Below, piece after piece: positions 37,257 through 46,763 of a stretch of 64,000 nucleotides of DNA. Within the stretch, counting starts at the first letter, position 1; each line of letters starts with the position of its first letter. The position numbers were made by a program, and so were the translations under genes. The notes beneath the pieces are model-generated. The model saw nothing but the letters and a program-made list of their open reading frames with translations. It was not told the origin of the DNA and ran no database searches. Source of the DNA: Nannocystales bacterium (GTDB lineage: Bacteria > Myxococcota_A > Polyangia > Nannocystales > Nannocystaceae). The stretch covers positions 160,001 through 224,000 of the forward strand of contig JBOEGF010000010.1 in the NCBI GenBank assembly GCA_050633305.1. Reading direction: 5' to 3'.

Positions 37257-38531
37257 ATGCGGGAGTACGCGTACTTGTTGGGACTCAGCCTCCTCGCGGC
37301 CTGTGCCGCGTCCCCATCGCCAAAGCGCGACGGTGTCCCCGGGGCGCCGGCCACCGAATCGATGCTTCGCGCCGAGTATCGGGGCGTCGTGGACCTGGAG
37401 GCGCACCTGGCCAACCCTGGGGACACAGTGCCGCTGGAGCTGGGATGGGCGCAGACGTGTGATGCGAGCGGGGTATGTTTGGTCGAGCAGTCGGCGGGGG
37501 AAGGTGCCGAGGCTGACCGGATCTGGTCGACGCCCGAGGCAACCTGGGCCGAAGGTGAGTCGCACCGCTTCTCGGCGGAAGAGGCGAACCATCACCGACG
37601 CCTGTTGAGACTGTTCGCCAACCCGGACGGGAAGGCCGAGACGAGCGTGGAGTTCACCCATCCGCGCCTGGGGATGACCATCGACAGCGCCGCGTACGAC
37701 GAGTTTTCGCCGGAGGGCGTGGCGACTGCGATCGAGATCGACTTTCACGATGGCAGCGTGGCTTGGCGGGGCTCGCTCGTCCTCGAGGGCGCGACGCCGG
37801 TCGAGAGCCTGGCCGTTCCCGATGCGCCCCCGGCAAAGACTGGGCTCGAGCCCTCCATCGCCAAGCTCCGGGAGGGGCTGTGGGATGTTCGTTTGCCGAG
37901 CCTCGACGCCCGGAGCTTCGTCATCGAGTTCGAGAGCTTCGTCGTGACTGTGGAGGCTCCGTGGTCGAGCGCCGCGGGTGAGCAGGCGGTCGACCTGATC
38001 ACGGAGACGTTCCCGGGCAAGCCGATTCGGTACGCGCTGTACAGCCATCACCACCCGCACGCGTCGGGCGGATTGCGTGCGTTCATGGCCGCTGGCGCCA
38101 CGGTGGTCGCCCCCACGGCTCATGAGGCGTACCTCGACGAGGTCACCGGTCGTGACTTCACCCTCGAGCCCGACCGGCTCTCGAAGACGAATGCGAAGCC
38201 TTCTTCGATCGCGTTCGAGGAGACGTTCACCATCGCGGAGGCGGGCCAGAGCTTGCAGGTGATCGACATCGGCGAGCAGTCTCGCCACACGACCCACTAC
38301 ATGATGTTTTGGCTTTCGGATGCGAACGTGCTGATCCAGGGCGACTTGGGGTGGTTCGTGGCCCCGGACGGAGCGGTGCGCGTGGGGTCTCGCTCGGCGG
38401 GCTTGCTGGAAGCGATCGACACGCGGGAACTCCCGGTTGAGACCCTGCTCCAGGGGTGGCCGGTCAACAGCCAAGAACCCTCCTTGTCCATGGAAGAGTT
38501 CCGGGCAGCGCTCTCAAGCGGGGGCGAGTGA
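37257..38531 (+). CDS. MBL-fold metallo-hydrolase-like lipoprotein
   Basis: Lipobox LAAC; FPGKPIRYALYSHHHPHASGG, HT, QGDL. TACCCT 8 nt upstream. Confidence 0.82.
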   Translation: MREYAYLLGLSLLAACAASPSPKRDGVPGAPATESMLRAEYRGVVDLEAHLANPGDTVPLELGWAQTCDASGVCLVEQSAGEGAEADRIWSTPEATWAEGESHRFSAEEANHHRRLLRLFANPDGKAETSVEFTHPRLGMTIDSAAYDEFSPEGVATAIEIDFHDGSVAWRGSLVLEGATPVESLAVPDAPPAKTGLEPSIAKLREGLWDVRLPSLDARSFVIEFESFVVTVEAPWSSAAGEQAVDLITETFPGKPIRYALYSHHHPHASGGLRAFMAAGATVVAPTAHEAYLDEVTGRDFTLEPDRLSKTNAKPSSIAFEETFTIAEAGQSLQVIDIGEQSRHTTHYMMFWLSDANVLIQGDLGWFVAPDGAVRVGSRSAGLLEAIDTRELPVETLLQGWPVNSQEPSLSMEEFRAALSSGGE

Positions 38532-39050
38532 CGCGAGGATGTCGTCGATGTTGGCGTGGTCGCCCGCGGCTTTGTCGGAGTGTTCGAAGCGAACCGAGCC
38601 GTCGGGGTTGACGACCAAGACACCACCGATCTGGAACGCATCGCCCTGGGTTTTACCCTGGCGAAAACCCCCTTTCATGGCTCGGGCTCCAGCCTTGAGC
38701 ATCGTACCCATGCCGAGCACGGCTGAGCCCATCGGTCGACGCCAACCCGCGAGCTCGTAGCTCTTGCGACTGGGGTCGGTGAACAAGGGGACACCAACCT
38801 TGAACTGCTCGGCGAAGTCCTGGGCCATGACCGGCGTGCCGTTTCCGATGACGGCCATCGCGGCCCCAGCGGCCTGTATCTCGGACTTGCGTTCGGTGAG
38901 GCGAGCAACCTGCTCGCGGCAGAACAGTCAGCCGTAGTGCCGAAGCCACACCAACACGGCCGGCTTCTCGGCCCAAAGCGTGCCCAGGGCGACCCCGCGA
39001 CCTTGGAGATCCAGAACTTCGGTAGAGGCGAGCGCGTCGTCGACCTGCAT
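38514..39050 (-). CDS. Peroxiredoxin-like (AhpC/TSA_2, PRXL2/SelU-like) selenoprotein, Sec at codon 41 (UxxC)
   Basis: ATG 39050 reads MQVDDALASTEVLDLQGRGVALGTLWAEKPAVLVWLRHYG-TGA(38930-38928)-LFCREQ and continues in frame into ORF 38514..38858 (LFTDPSRKSY, QIGGVLVV, GDHA). 178 aa in total. Confidence 0.9.
38901..38917 (-). promoter_or_regulatory. Bacterial SECIS-like hairpin
   Basis: GCGAGCA-GGU-UGCUCGC: perfect 7-bp stem with a GGU loop, starting 11 nt after the in-frame UGA. Confidence 0.85.
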
Positions 39051-39154
39051 GGCGAGACTCTAGCGCCCCAGGAGCAAACCGCCAGGGGGCGCGGACGTTG
39101 CGGTGTAGGGGTTGTGCTCGACTCCGGTGGCTCTGACACTGCTACGATGTATCG

Positions 39155-40093
39155 ATGAGTTTGGTTGTTGGTGTCGGATTGTTTGCATTGCTTCAGGCGG
39201 AAGCAGGCGTTGCAGAGGGAGTTCAGCCCCCTCCGCCGCTCGCACCGTCATCAGCACCCACCACGCCCGCAGAGGCTCCGCCGCAGCCGGAGATCCAGCG
39301 GCCAAAGACTGCGTCCCCACAAACCGCCGGGCCCAGCGCCGCACCCGACGCTGCTGTGGTCGACGAGGGGTCGCTCGCGCCAGTCCCAGCCCCGGTTGTT
39401 GCCGAGCCGACTCAGCCTCCTCCACAACCTGCGGTGCCCGTCGAACCGGAGCCTGCGCCCGCCCCACAACCGCTTCCCGTCGCCGAAGATGACGTTGCGG
39501 CCCCGGTGGCGGCGCGGCCAAAGGTCCAACTACCCGCGCGAACCGGGCGGGGCCTGATGCTGGGGGCGTACGCGACCGGTGCCCTGGGGTGGGCGATGTC
39601 GCTGAGCACGATTGGACTGGTTGTCCGTGGGTGTGAGGAGGTCGATCGTTGCGTCGGAGGGTTCGTCACGACGACGGGCATTCGATGGATGGCGAACGGG
39701 GCCGCGATGGGCCTTGCGATTCCTGCCGGGGTGTTTCGAGGGCGATACGACGCGATCGACTCCGAACTCAACGGAACCGAACCCCGGAACATCGACGGCT
39801 TTATCAAGGGAGGCGCCGCAGCGATCGGGATCGGAACCGCCGGCTGGGTCATCTCTAGGATCGGGGTGTTCACGTTCTTGCCGAACCATTGCTCCGATGA
39901 GCGACGGTGCGCCATCGGGTACTTGGCCGGGCTTCAGACGAGCTTCGCGCTCGCTTCGGCAGGCGCGGGGATGCTCTCGTATGGACTGGCGCACCAAGAA
40001 CAGAAGCGGAAGCTCGGTCGACCGGTGCAGGTTCGTGTTGTCCCCCAGCTGACGCCTCAGCACAGCGGACTCTCACTCGCCGGACGCTTCTAG
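39155..40093 (+). CDS. Membrane protein with Pro-rich N-terminal region
   Basis: Signal-like N-terminus, Pro/Ala linker, about four Gly-rich hydrophobic helices, C-terminal GLSLAGRF. Confidence 0.75.
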   Translation: MSLVVGVGLFALLQAEAGVAEGVQPPPPLAPSSAPTTPAEAPPQPEIQRPKTASPQTAGPSAAPDAAVVDEGSLAPVPAPVVAEPTQPPPQPAVPVEPEPAPAPQPLPVAEDDVAAPVAARPKVQLPARTGRGLMLGAYATGALGWAMSLSTIGLVVRGCEEVDRCVGGFVTTTGIRWMANGAAMGLAIPAGVFRGRYDAIDSELNGTEPRNIDGFIKGGAAAIGIGTAGWVISRIGVFTFLPNHCSDERRCAIGYLAGLQTSFALASAGAGMLSYGLAHQEQKRKLGRPVQVRVVPQLTPQHSGLSLAGRF

Positions 40094-40189
40094 CGTCGCG
40101 GGGCGGTTTTCTGCTGGCGCCCGGTCTTGTTCGTAGAACGGCGAAGGGCGGAGCTTCGGTCGAAGCCCCGCCCTTTGAGCGTCAGCGGG

Positions 40190-41983
40190 TCAGCATGCCG
40201 ACGAAGCGCCGTTGGGCTGGACGTGAACGTCAGCCTTCGCGTTGTCGGAGAACGTGACGCCGTCGCATCCGAGGAGTTGGCTGTCGTCCCAGACCGACAC
40301 TCCGAATCCACCGGACGACTCGATGCTGGTGTTGCGGATCGTGACCGACCCATCTCCGCCGAATCCTCCGACAAACAATGCGGCGTCGGAATCTTCCGAT
40401 CCGTTGAAGCCGTCCGAACCCGCATGGAAGACCTCCGCGTGGTCGAAGACGTTGCTCGCCGTCACCGTGTGAATCTCGATCCCTTGCCAGTATCCGCGGA
40501 GGGCTTCGGCACCAACGATGCGGACAGGAGCCTCTGCGGTCCCGATGGCACTGATCGATCCTCCGCTTTCGATGCTGATGTTGACGTCCTGGGCGACCTC
40601 CACGACCGCACCGGGGGCGAGTTCCCAGGCTGCCGCGACCCTCATCCGTTCCATCACGCGGTAGGGGACTTCAAGCGCAGCCCAGGTGCCCGCGTTCTCG
40701 ATGGTGTCTGCCCCCGAGTATTCGACGCGCACGAACGCGTCGTCATTGTTCAGGAAGACGTTGGAGCCCTCGACATCGGCGGCCATGTCGGGGGCGATCA
40801 TCAGGGTGCTCGCGTTGTCTTCGATGGTGTTGTTTGCGAAGCCGGAGATATCCGCCCCCCCTTGCGCGCCGAGGGCTGACCCGCCACTTCCACGCAGAAT
40901 CGAGTCGCTTACGATCAACTTGCTCTGATCGGGAAGCCAGATACCTGCGACGCTCTCGGAGGCCCCGTTCCATTGGCTGGCGCCGGCGTTCTCGACGACA
41001 CAGGACCGAAGTGCGTTGGCCGTGGCTTTGGACTCCACTGCGAGGCCCTTCCAGTAGCCGCGCTCGTTCTCCGCACCGCGCATCGTGATCGGGGCGTCGG
41101 CCGTACCCTCTGCGAGGATCGAGCCGCTGGTGGTCACGGACATGGATCCATCGAGGGGAAACTCGAGCACGATGCCCGGGAGCAGCTCGAGTGCACCTTC
41201 GAAACGGGCGTTGCTTTGCAGTCGCAGCGGGACGCCGACCGGACTCCACGCTGCAGCTTCGGCCAGGGTCCCGCCATCCACGAGAACCAGGTCGTCGGTG
41301 TTTCCCGTGAGGATGTTGTCGTCGCCGAGCCCCGCGACGTGCTCGAGGGCGACGTGCAACGGGACTTCGTTGCCGGAGAACGTTGAGCCCTGAACGGTGA
41401 CCTCGCTTCCCGACTCGACGATCAGGCCGACTCCCGTGTTGTCCCGGATTGTCGAGTTGATGATGCTCAAGCGGGACGAGCCGCCGACCTCGATTGCGTC
41501 GCCATCCACCGTGTCGAGTTCAACGCCCTCGAGACGGTTGTCCGAACTCGCCGAGCCCAACATGTCGATGCCGCCCCAGCTGAGTTCCGAGGCTGTGAGC
41601 AGGACTGGCGCCTCGGCGGTTCCCGAAGCGATGATCACGCCACCGTTGGCGACCAGAAGGCTCGAGAGGGTGCCGAAGTACATCTCGACGCCGGCCTCCA
41701 TCTCCACGCGGCCGTCGACCGCAACGACCGACGGTACCTCGTAGCAACCCGCAGGGAATGTGACGTCTCCCATGAAGTCCGTTTGACCGAGGCTCACGCA
41801 GTCCCCAACCTCGCCCGTGGAGCCATCGGTGGGGTCCGTTGCCCCAGTTGGGTCTGTATCCCCAGGATCGGTGTCGCCCGCATCTGTGTCTCCGCCATCC
41901 GCAGGCAGTGGGTCGCAGCCCATCGCGAGGAACGAGAACGTAAGGGGCAAGATCAGGCCATGGGGGGATGCAAGGCGTTTCAT
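40190..41983 (-). CDS. Lipoprotein with right-handed parallel beta-helix repeats
   Basis: Lipobox AMGC; three GT.EAP..GYW.G. units; N...DN coils. Confidence 0.85.
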   Translation of the reverse strand: MKRLASPHGLILPLTFSFLAMGCDPLPADGGDTDAGDTDPGDTDPTGATDPTDGSTGEVGDCVSLGQTDFMGDVTFPAGCYEVPSVVAVDGRVEMEAGVEMYFGTLSSLLVANGGVIIASGTAEAPVLLTASELSWGGIDMLGSASSDNRLEGVELDTVDGDAIEVGGSSRLSIINSTIRDNTGVGLIVESGSEVTVQGSTFSGNEVPLHVALEHVAGLGDDNILTGNTDDLVLVDGGTLAEAAAWSPVGVPLRLQSNARFEGALELLPGIVLEFPLDGSMSVTTSGSILAEGTADAPITMRGAENERGYWKGLAVESKATANALRSCVVENAGASQWNGASESVAGIWLPDQSKLIVSDSILRGSGGSALGAQGGADISGFANNTIEDNASTLMIAPDMAADVEGSNVFLNNDDAFVRVEYSGADTIENAGTWAALEVPYRVMERMRVAAAWELAPGAVVEVAQDVNISIESGGSISAIGTAEAPVRIVGAEALRGYWQGIEIHTVTASNVFDHAEVFHAGSDGFNGSEDSDAALFVGGFGGDGSVTIRNTSIESSGGFGVSVWDDSQLLGCDGVTFSDNAKADVHVQPNGASSAC

Positions 41984-42153
41984 CGAGGGGGGTTGTTCGG
42001 CAACCAGGCTTCGTGATCACGAAAAAACGCGAACTTGGCCCACTTGTGAGCTGTGCCCCGTCTGCGGCGCGAGAAGTGAATAAGACCGATGACGCGTGAA
42101 ACGAGGGACTGTGGGCTTTGCGGCGTGTCAGGGGTTCGACTATGGTCGCGGCG

Positions 42154-42504
42154 ATGCGGCGCTTGGGCGTGATGTTGTTGCTGTGCGGGGTTGGCTGCGG
42201 CAAAGCACACCGCCCATCCAAAGGATTCGTCGCGCAGGAGATGCAGTGCAAGCGGAGCGGGCTCAGCATGTCGGAGGTCTTCGAAGACACGTGGGTCGGT
42301 GAGGATGGCGCGATGCGTGTGCGCTACCGGGTGGGTGCCAGCTGTGCCAAGCCCAAGGTCGGCCCCGTTGCGCCGATCGATGTGTGGCAGGAGTGCCGTT
42401 GGTCGAGCGAGCGCTGGGACTGCGACGAGTGGAAAACCGGGACCCGTGGCGGCTTGGACAGGCCTGCCGCGACGTACCTCGACGCCGAAGAGCGCGGTCG
42501 CTGA
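42154..42504 (+). CDS. Small lipoprotein, function unknown
   Basis: MRRLGVMLLLCGVGC signal; TATGGT 7 nt upstream. Confidence 0.65.
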   Translation: MRRLGVMLLLCGVGCGKAHRPSKGFVAQEMQCKRSGLSMSEVFEDTWVGEDGAMRVRYRVGASCAKPKVGPVAPIDVWQECRWSSERWDCDEWKTGTRGGLDRPAATYLDAEERGR

Positions 42505-42550
42505 CCGTCTGGACTTGACGTCGACGACACCAGGCGGGCACGCTGCTTCG

Positions 42551-43330
42551 ATGCTGGCAGTGGTGGTCGACGAGTTGCAGGGCGACCCCAAGGACCTGGC
42601 GCAGCGGGCAGTCGAGGTGCTCGGCGGCACGGCCTACGATGTGCGTGCGAGCCTGACGGTTCCCGGAGGCGGCCCCGCGGTGCTTGCCGTCGTCGCTGAG
42701 TCCGATCGGGCCGAGGCGCTTCGGGCGGGTCTGGAGGCGCGCGGAATGCGTACAACGGTCGTGTCCGTCCGTGCCGACCGTCCTATGTTGGATGTGCGCA
42801 GGTTCTCGCTGGAGCCACGGTCGCTCGAGGTCGAGGACCGGGACGGGAGGCGATGCTCCGTGCCGTTTTCCTCGGTCGGCGTGTTGGTCCGGGCGAGCGC
42901 GGTCGAGACGAAGGTCAGCACGAAGACCATTCGCGAGCGCAAGTTCAATCCGATGCGCTCTGTCCTCTCTGGCGGGCTTGTGAACACGTCGGTGAAGGTC
43001 ACCAAGAAGAGGCAGCGAGAGACCGACAGCGATGAACTCCTGTTCCTGTTCAGCCGCGGCTCACCACCGCTGCGGCTGAGCGAGAGGAACCTTCAATACC
43101 AGGGACTGGGCGATGCGTTGCAGCCCTCGCGCATGGCGAACTTTCTGTTCACGGCCAACGCGATCGTCCAGGGGTGTCCGCGGGCGCGGCTCGATGAGCG
43201 TCTTCGCCGACGCTCGTTTCAGTCGCAGCTGCTAGGCCGGACGCTCAGTCCCGATGAGCACATTGATTTTGCCGTGCACCTGGTCGCGCAGAGCCTGCAG
43301 CGCCCGCTGCCGAGCCAACCACGGCTGTGA
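42551..43330 (+). CDS. Hypothetical protein
   Basis: Globular-looking composition from ATG 42551 (MLAVVVDEL...YQGLGDALQPSRMANF...LDERL). Confidence 0.7.
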   Translation: MLAVVVDELQGDPKDLAQRAVEVLGGTAYDVRASLTVPGGGPAVLAVVAESDRAEALRAGLEARGMRTTVVSVRADRPMLDVRRFSLEPRSLEVEDRDGRRCSVPFSSVGVLVRASAVETKVSTKTIRERKFNPMRSVLSGGLVNTSVKVTKKRQRETDSDELLFLFSRGSPPLRLSERNLQYQGLGDALQPSRMANFLFTANAIVQGCPRARLDERLRRRSFQSQLLGRTLSPDEHIDFAVHLVAQSLQRPLPSQPRL

Positions 43331-43349
43331 GCGGACGGTTAGATGCGTT

Positions 43350-44039
43350 CTAGTCGAAGCAGACGGGGGAGACCGGTGCAATGTGGGAGCAATGGACTTC
43401 GGGCTGTAGCGACGCCAGCGTGAGGTGCCGAAGTCGGCACGAGAAGGTGTCTGCGTCGGGCACGTTCGCCGAGTACGGCGGTTCGGTCGCGAACGCTTCA
43501 CACGCGGTGATGCAGTCCTCCGTCCCTGAGTACACCGCGAGGTCTCCCGAGCACAGAGTCAGGGCGACGGAGCAGAAACTCTCGCAGTCGGCACCGCACG
43601 TGCCGTCCCCTGCCGGCCCGGCATGTGCGCAGTGTGTATCGGGCTCCTCTGCGGCGAGCACCGCGTGAAAGGTCCGGCAGCTCGCGCTGTTGCCGAGTTC
43701 GTCACCGGCGTTCCCAACCGGCATGTTGGCGCATGTCGCCTCGCAGATCGCGTCCCCGTTGTACTGGGCGTTGTCGTCCTGGCAGTGGTCGCCGATCAGC
43801 GCGCAGTAGTCCGAGCAGACTTCATCGTTCGTGTCGCCCCCGGTACTGCTGCTATCGCCGCCGTCGCTGGTGCTGCTGGTGGTGCTGGTGCTGCTGCTGC
43901 TGCTCGAACCTTCGGTCGCTTCGGGGTCGAGTTCGCCGCCATCGTCTGGATTGAAGCAGCCGGTGACGGCCAGGGCTACGACAAGCGACGCGGTTCGGAG
44001 CGATGGGAACCACGTCGGGGTACCAGTCCAGTCTGCCAT
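43350..44039 (-). CDS. Cys-rich repeat lipoprotein
   Basis: Lipobox VTGC; poly-Ser/Thr linker; two C..(Y/F)C......C...Y....C...C...SCR..H...HC.H repeats. Confidence 0.85.
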   Translation of the reverse strand: MADWTGTPTWFPSLRTASLVVALAVTGCFNPDDGGELDPEATEGSSSSSSTSTTSSTSDGGDSSSTGGDTNDEVCSDYCALIGDHCQDDNAQYNGDAICEATCANMPVGNAGDELGNSASCRTFHAVLAAEEPDTHCAHAGPAGDGTCGADCESFCSVALTLCSGDLAVYSGTEDCITACEAFATEPPYSANVPDADTFSCRLRHLTLASLQPEVHCSHIAPVSPVCFD

Positions 44040-44354
44040 GGGTGGAGCCTACCCTCGAGTCGGCCCTCACGCTCTCCCGACAACCCAAGAAATCCGAAGC
44101 GCGTCCTCATCTATCGCAGGTGCCTATATGAGACATAGGCACGCTTGATGGGCGCCGGCACAGGCCGCGAACTCGGGAGTCACTTGGGCCCGCGGGTGAG
44201 CGATGAACTCCCGAGCTTTGTAGCGGTCGGTCGCGGACTTGAGCGCTTCCTTATCCTGCGGTCCGAAAACGGTAGCGTCGCAATCTCGGACCGAACGAAC
44301 CTGTTCCCAGGTCGGAGCGCCGGAGCGCAGGGTGTCTGCGCTCCGGCTGTGGGC

Positions 44355-46400
44355 TCAACGCCGGTCGGCGGCGACGAGCTTGGTTTGTACGTGCGTCGGA
44401 GTGGCCGCGTAGTGGGCGAGCTCCATCGTGTGCTCACCCTTGCCCTCCGTCGCGCTGCGTAGGCCCGTCGCGTAGCCGAAGAGCTCCGCAAGAGGCACAA
44501 GCGCGATGATGCGAGCGGAATGCTCGCCGACTTGGCAGTCCTGTACCTGGCCTCGTCGTCGGACCAGGCCGCTCTGCACCGCACCCACGAAGGCCACCGG
44601 GGCGTCGACCTCGACCCGCATGAGGGGTTCCAAGACCACCATGTCCGCCCGTCTTAGGGCGTCGGTGATGGCGTCGCGTGCCGCGATTCGAAACGCGAGC
44701 TCGCTGGAGTCCTTCTCGTGGGTCTTGCCGTCCTCGAGGGTCACCTCGACACCATGGACCTCGGCTCCAAGCAGAGGTCCGCGATGCACGGCGTCTCGAG
44801 CACCAGCATCACACGCGGAGATGAACTCGCGCGGGATGACTCCGCCCTTGATGCGGTCGACGAAACAGTAGCCGTTTTCCAACGGTCGTACTGTTCCGAC
44901 GACGCGGGCAAACTGCCCGCTGCCGCCGTCTTGCTTCTTGTGCAGGTAGTTGAACGACACAGGCTCGCGGAGCGTTTCTCGATACCCGACCTGCGGAGCG
45001 CTTCGATACAGCTCGATGCCGTGTTCGTCACGCAGTTGATCGCAGTAGATCTCGAGATGCAGCTCTCCCATGCCGGCCAGCAACGTTTCACCCGTCTGCG
45101 GGTCCTGGCGGACACGTAGTGTGGGGTCTTCGCGGCACAGTCGGCCGAGGACCTTGGCGAGTTTTTCGAGCATGGTTTCGTCCTTGGGTACGATGGCGTA
45201 GGCCATCACGGGCTGCGGAATGGTCATCGGACGCATCGAGATGGATGCTCCGTCGCTGGTCAGCACCTCGGCGGTGCCGAACGATGCGCCAAAGGTTGCG
45301 ACGATGTCGCCGGCCTCTGCCGCGTCGATGTCGGTCATCGTGTCCGCGTGCACACGGACCAGTCGGCCCACGCGATGTTTGCGACCCTCGGTGATGACCG
45401 TCTGCCCCCGCTCGAGGCGGCCTTGGTAGACACGCAACATGGTGAGCGAGCCGAACGAGTCCTCGATCGTCTTGAACGCCAGCGCCCGCAGAGGGCCCTC
45501 ACGTTCCGCGTCGAGAATCACCGGGGTGTCGTTCTCCCCGAACGCTTCGGTGGAGACGTCGCCCGGATGCGGGAGGTACGCGACGACAGCGTCCAGCAGC
45601 GGTTGCACGCCCACGTTGGCGCGCGCAGAGCCGCAGAGCACCGGGGTGAATCGACGAGCGACCGTTGCCCGCCGGATCGCATCCTTGATCGTTTGGACGT
45701 CAAGCGTGCGGCCGTCGACATATTGGCTCAGGAGGTCATCGTCGACTTCGGCGACCGCCTCGATGAGGCGGAGCCTCGCCGCTCGAGCGACATCCCTCAT
45801 CCCTTCGGGGATCTCTGACTCCACGACATCCTGACCGTGGTCCCCTCCGAAGCGTAGCGCGCGGCCCTCGACCAGGTCGACGACGCCGCGGAGTTCGCGT
45901 TCGAGTCCGATGGGAAGCGTGAGCAAGGCTGCGTTGTGACCGAGTTTCCTCAGCTGCCCAGACACGCGATGAGGGTCGGCACCGGTGAGGTCGAGCTTGT
46001 TGATGAACGCGATGCACGGGACACCGTGTCGCTCCATCTGGCGCACGACCGTCCCGGTCTGCGCCTGTACGCCCGCAACTCCGCACAACACCAAGACGGC
46101 GCCGTCGAGAACGCGAAGCGAGCGTTCGACCTCGATCGTGAAGTCGACGTGTCCGGGAGTGTCGATGAGGTTGAGGCCATACATGCCCCACTGCATTCGG
46201 GTCGCGGCAGACTTGATCGTGATGCCGCGACGCTGTTCGTCCGCGCGAGCATCCATTGTGGCGCCTCCGCCGTCCTTGTCGCGAACTTCGGTGATGCGGT
46301 GTATTCGACCGGTGAAGAACAGCAATCGTTCGGCAAGGGTGGTCTTTCCGGCATCGACGTGGGCGAGGATGCCGAGGTTCCGTAGGGTCTTGAAGGTCAT
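44355..46400 (-). CDS. fusA: Elongation factor G, orphan paralog outside the str operon
   Basis: AHVDAGKTT, RGITI, DTPGHVDF, NKLD, GMGELHLE, HKKQDGGSGQFA, HEKDSSELAF, LEPLMRVEV, LRSATEGKG; 681 aa from ATG 46400. Confidence 0.95.
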   Translation of the reverse strand: MTFKTLRNLGILAHVDAGKTTLAERLLFFTGRIHRITEVRDKDGGGATMDARADEQRRGITIKSAATRMQWGMYGLNLIDTPGHVDFTIEVERSLRVLDGAVLVLCGVAGVQAQTGTVVRQMERHGVPCIAFINKLDLTGADPHRVSGQLRKLGHNAALLTLPIGLERELRGVVDLVEGRALRFGGDHGQDVVESEIPEGMRDVARAARLRLIEAVAEVDDDLLSQYVDGRTLDVQTIKDAIRRATVARRFTPVLCGSARANVGVQPLLDAVVAYLPHPGDVSTEAFGENDTPVILDAEREGPLRALAFKTIEDSFGSLTMLRVYQGRLERGQTVITEGRKHRVGRLVRVHADTMTDIDAAEAGDIVATFGASFGTAEVLTSDGASISMRPMTIPQPVMAYAIVPKDETMLEKLAKVLGRLCREDPTLRVRQDPQTGETLLAGMGELHLEIYCDQLRDEHGIELYRSAPQVGYRETLREPVSFNYLHKKQDGGSGQFARVVGTVRPLENGYCFVDRIKGGVIPREFISACDAGARDAVHRGPLLGAEVHGVEVTLEDGKTHEKDSSELAFRIAARDAITDALRRADMVVLEPLMRVEVDAPVAFVGAVQSGLVRRRGQVQDCQVGEHSARIIALVPLAELFGYATGLRSATEGKGEHTMELAHYAATPTHVQTKLVAADRR

Positions 46401-46633
46401 GAGTCGTGTCTCTCGGAGCGCGCACGCGGCGTGCGTACGCGGTAGGAGGTCGCAAGAAGCCGATCGGCAGCCGACCGAGCTTGGGAGCCTGGTCTTGCCG
46501 AGCGCATCGATGGGAATGGACGCGCAAGCACGCACGGACTCGGAGGTCCGGCCGCTCGCGCGCTGCTTCAGGCGCGGTCACGCACTGACGGAGGTTTCGT
46601 ATGCCGGATCAAGCCGGCTGTAGCGGTGCTCCC

Positions 46634-46726
46634 TCAGCGTGCGCACGCGCCTGCGTGAAAGCACAGCAAAACCTCCGGCTGGAAGCCAGGTCGCTGTGTG
46701 CGGCGCATGGTGACGATGAGGGGCAT
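46634..46726 (-). CDS. Putative 30-aa leader peptide (uORF) of the EF-G paralog
   Basis: GGAGA then 7 nt then ATG; MPLIVTMRRTQRPGFQPEVLLCFHAGACAR*; lies just downstream of a TTGACA-17-TATCTC promoter-like sequence. Confidence 0.45.
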   Translation of the reverse strand: MPLIVTMRRTQRPGFQPEVLLCFHAGACAR

Positions 46727-46763
46727 GACAGGTTCTCCGACACGAGAGTCGAAGCTCTGGCTT

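Noticed and set aside
37212..38474. 833-aa minus ORF 35973..38474
   Set aside because: The upstream half is antisense to the MBL gene; the lipoprotein signal starts at 37211.
38928..38930. In-frame TGA as a nonsense mutation or pseudogene
   Set aside because: Its position at the redox-active residue and the correctly spaced SECIS-like hairpin favour selenocysteine.
43866..43905. Trinucleotide-like repeat, and similar short repeats near 2860-2940, 32752-32780 and 56795-56820, as CRISPR or contingency loci
   Set aside because: They encode poly-Ser/Thr or Pro-Glu linkers in frame; there is no repeat-spacer structure and no cas gene.
44355..46400. TetM/TetO ribosomal protection protein
   Set aside because: Domain IV motifs (HKKQDGGSGQFA, HEKDSSELAF) and the length match EF-G.
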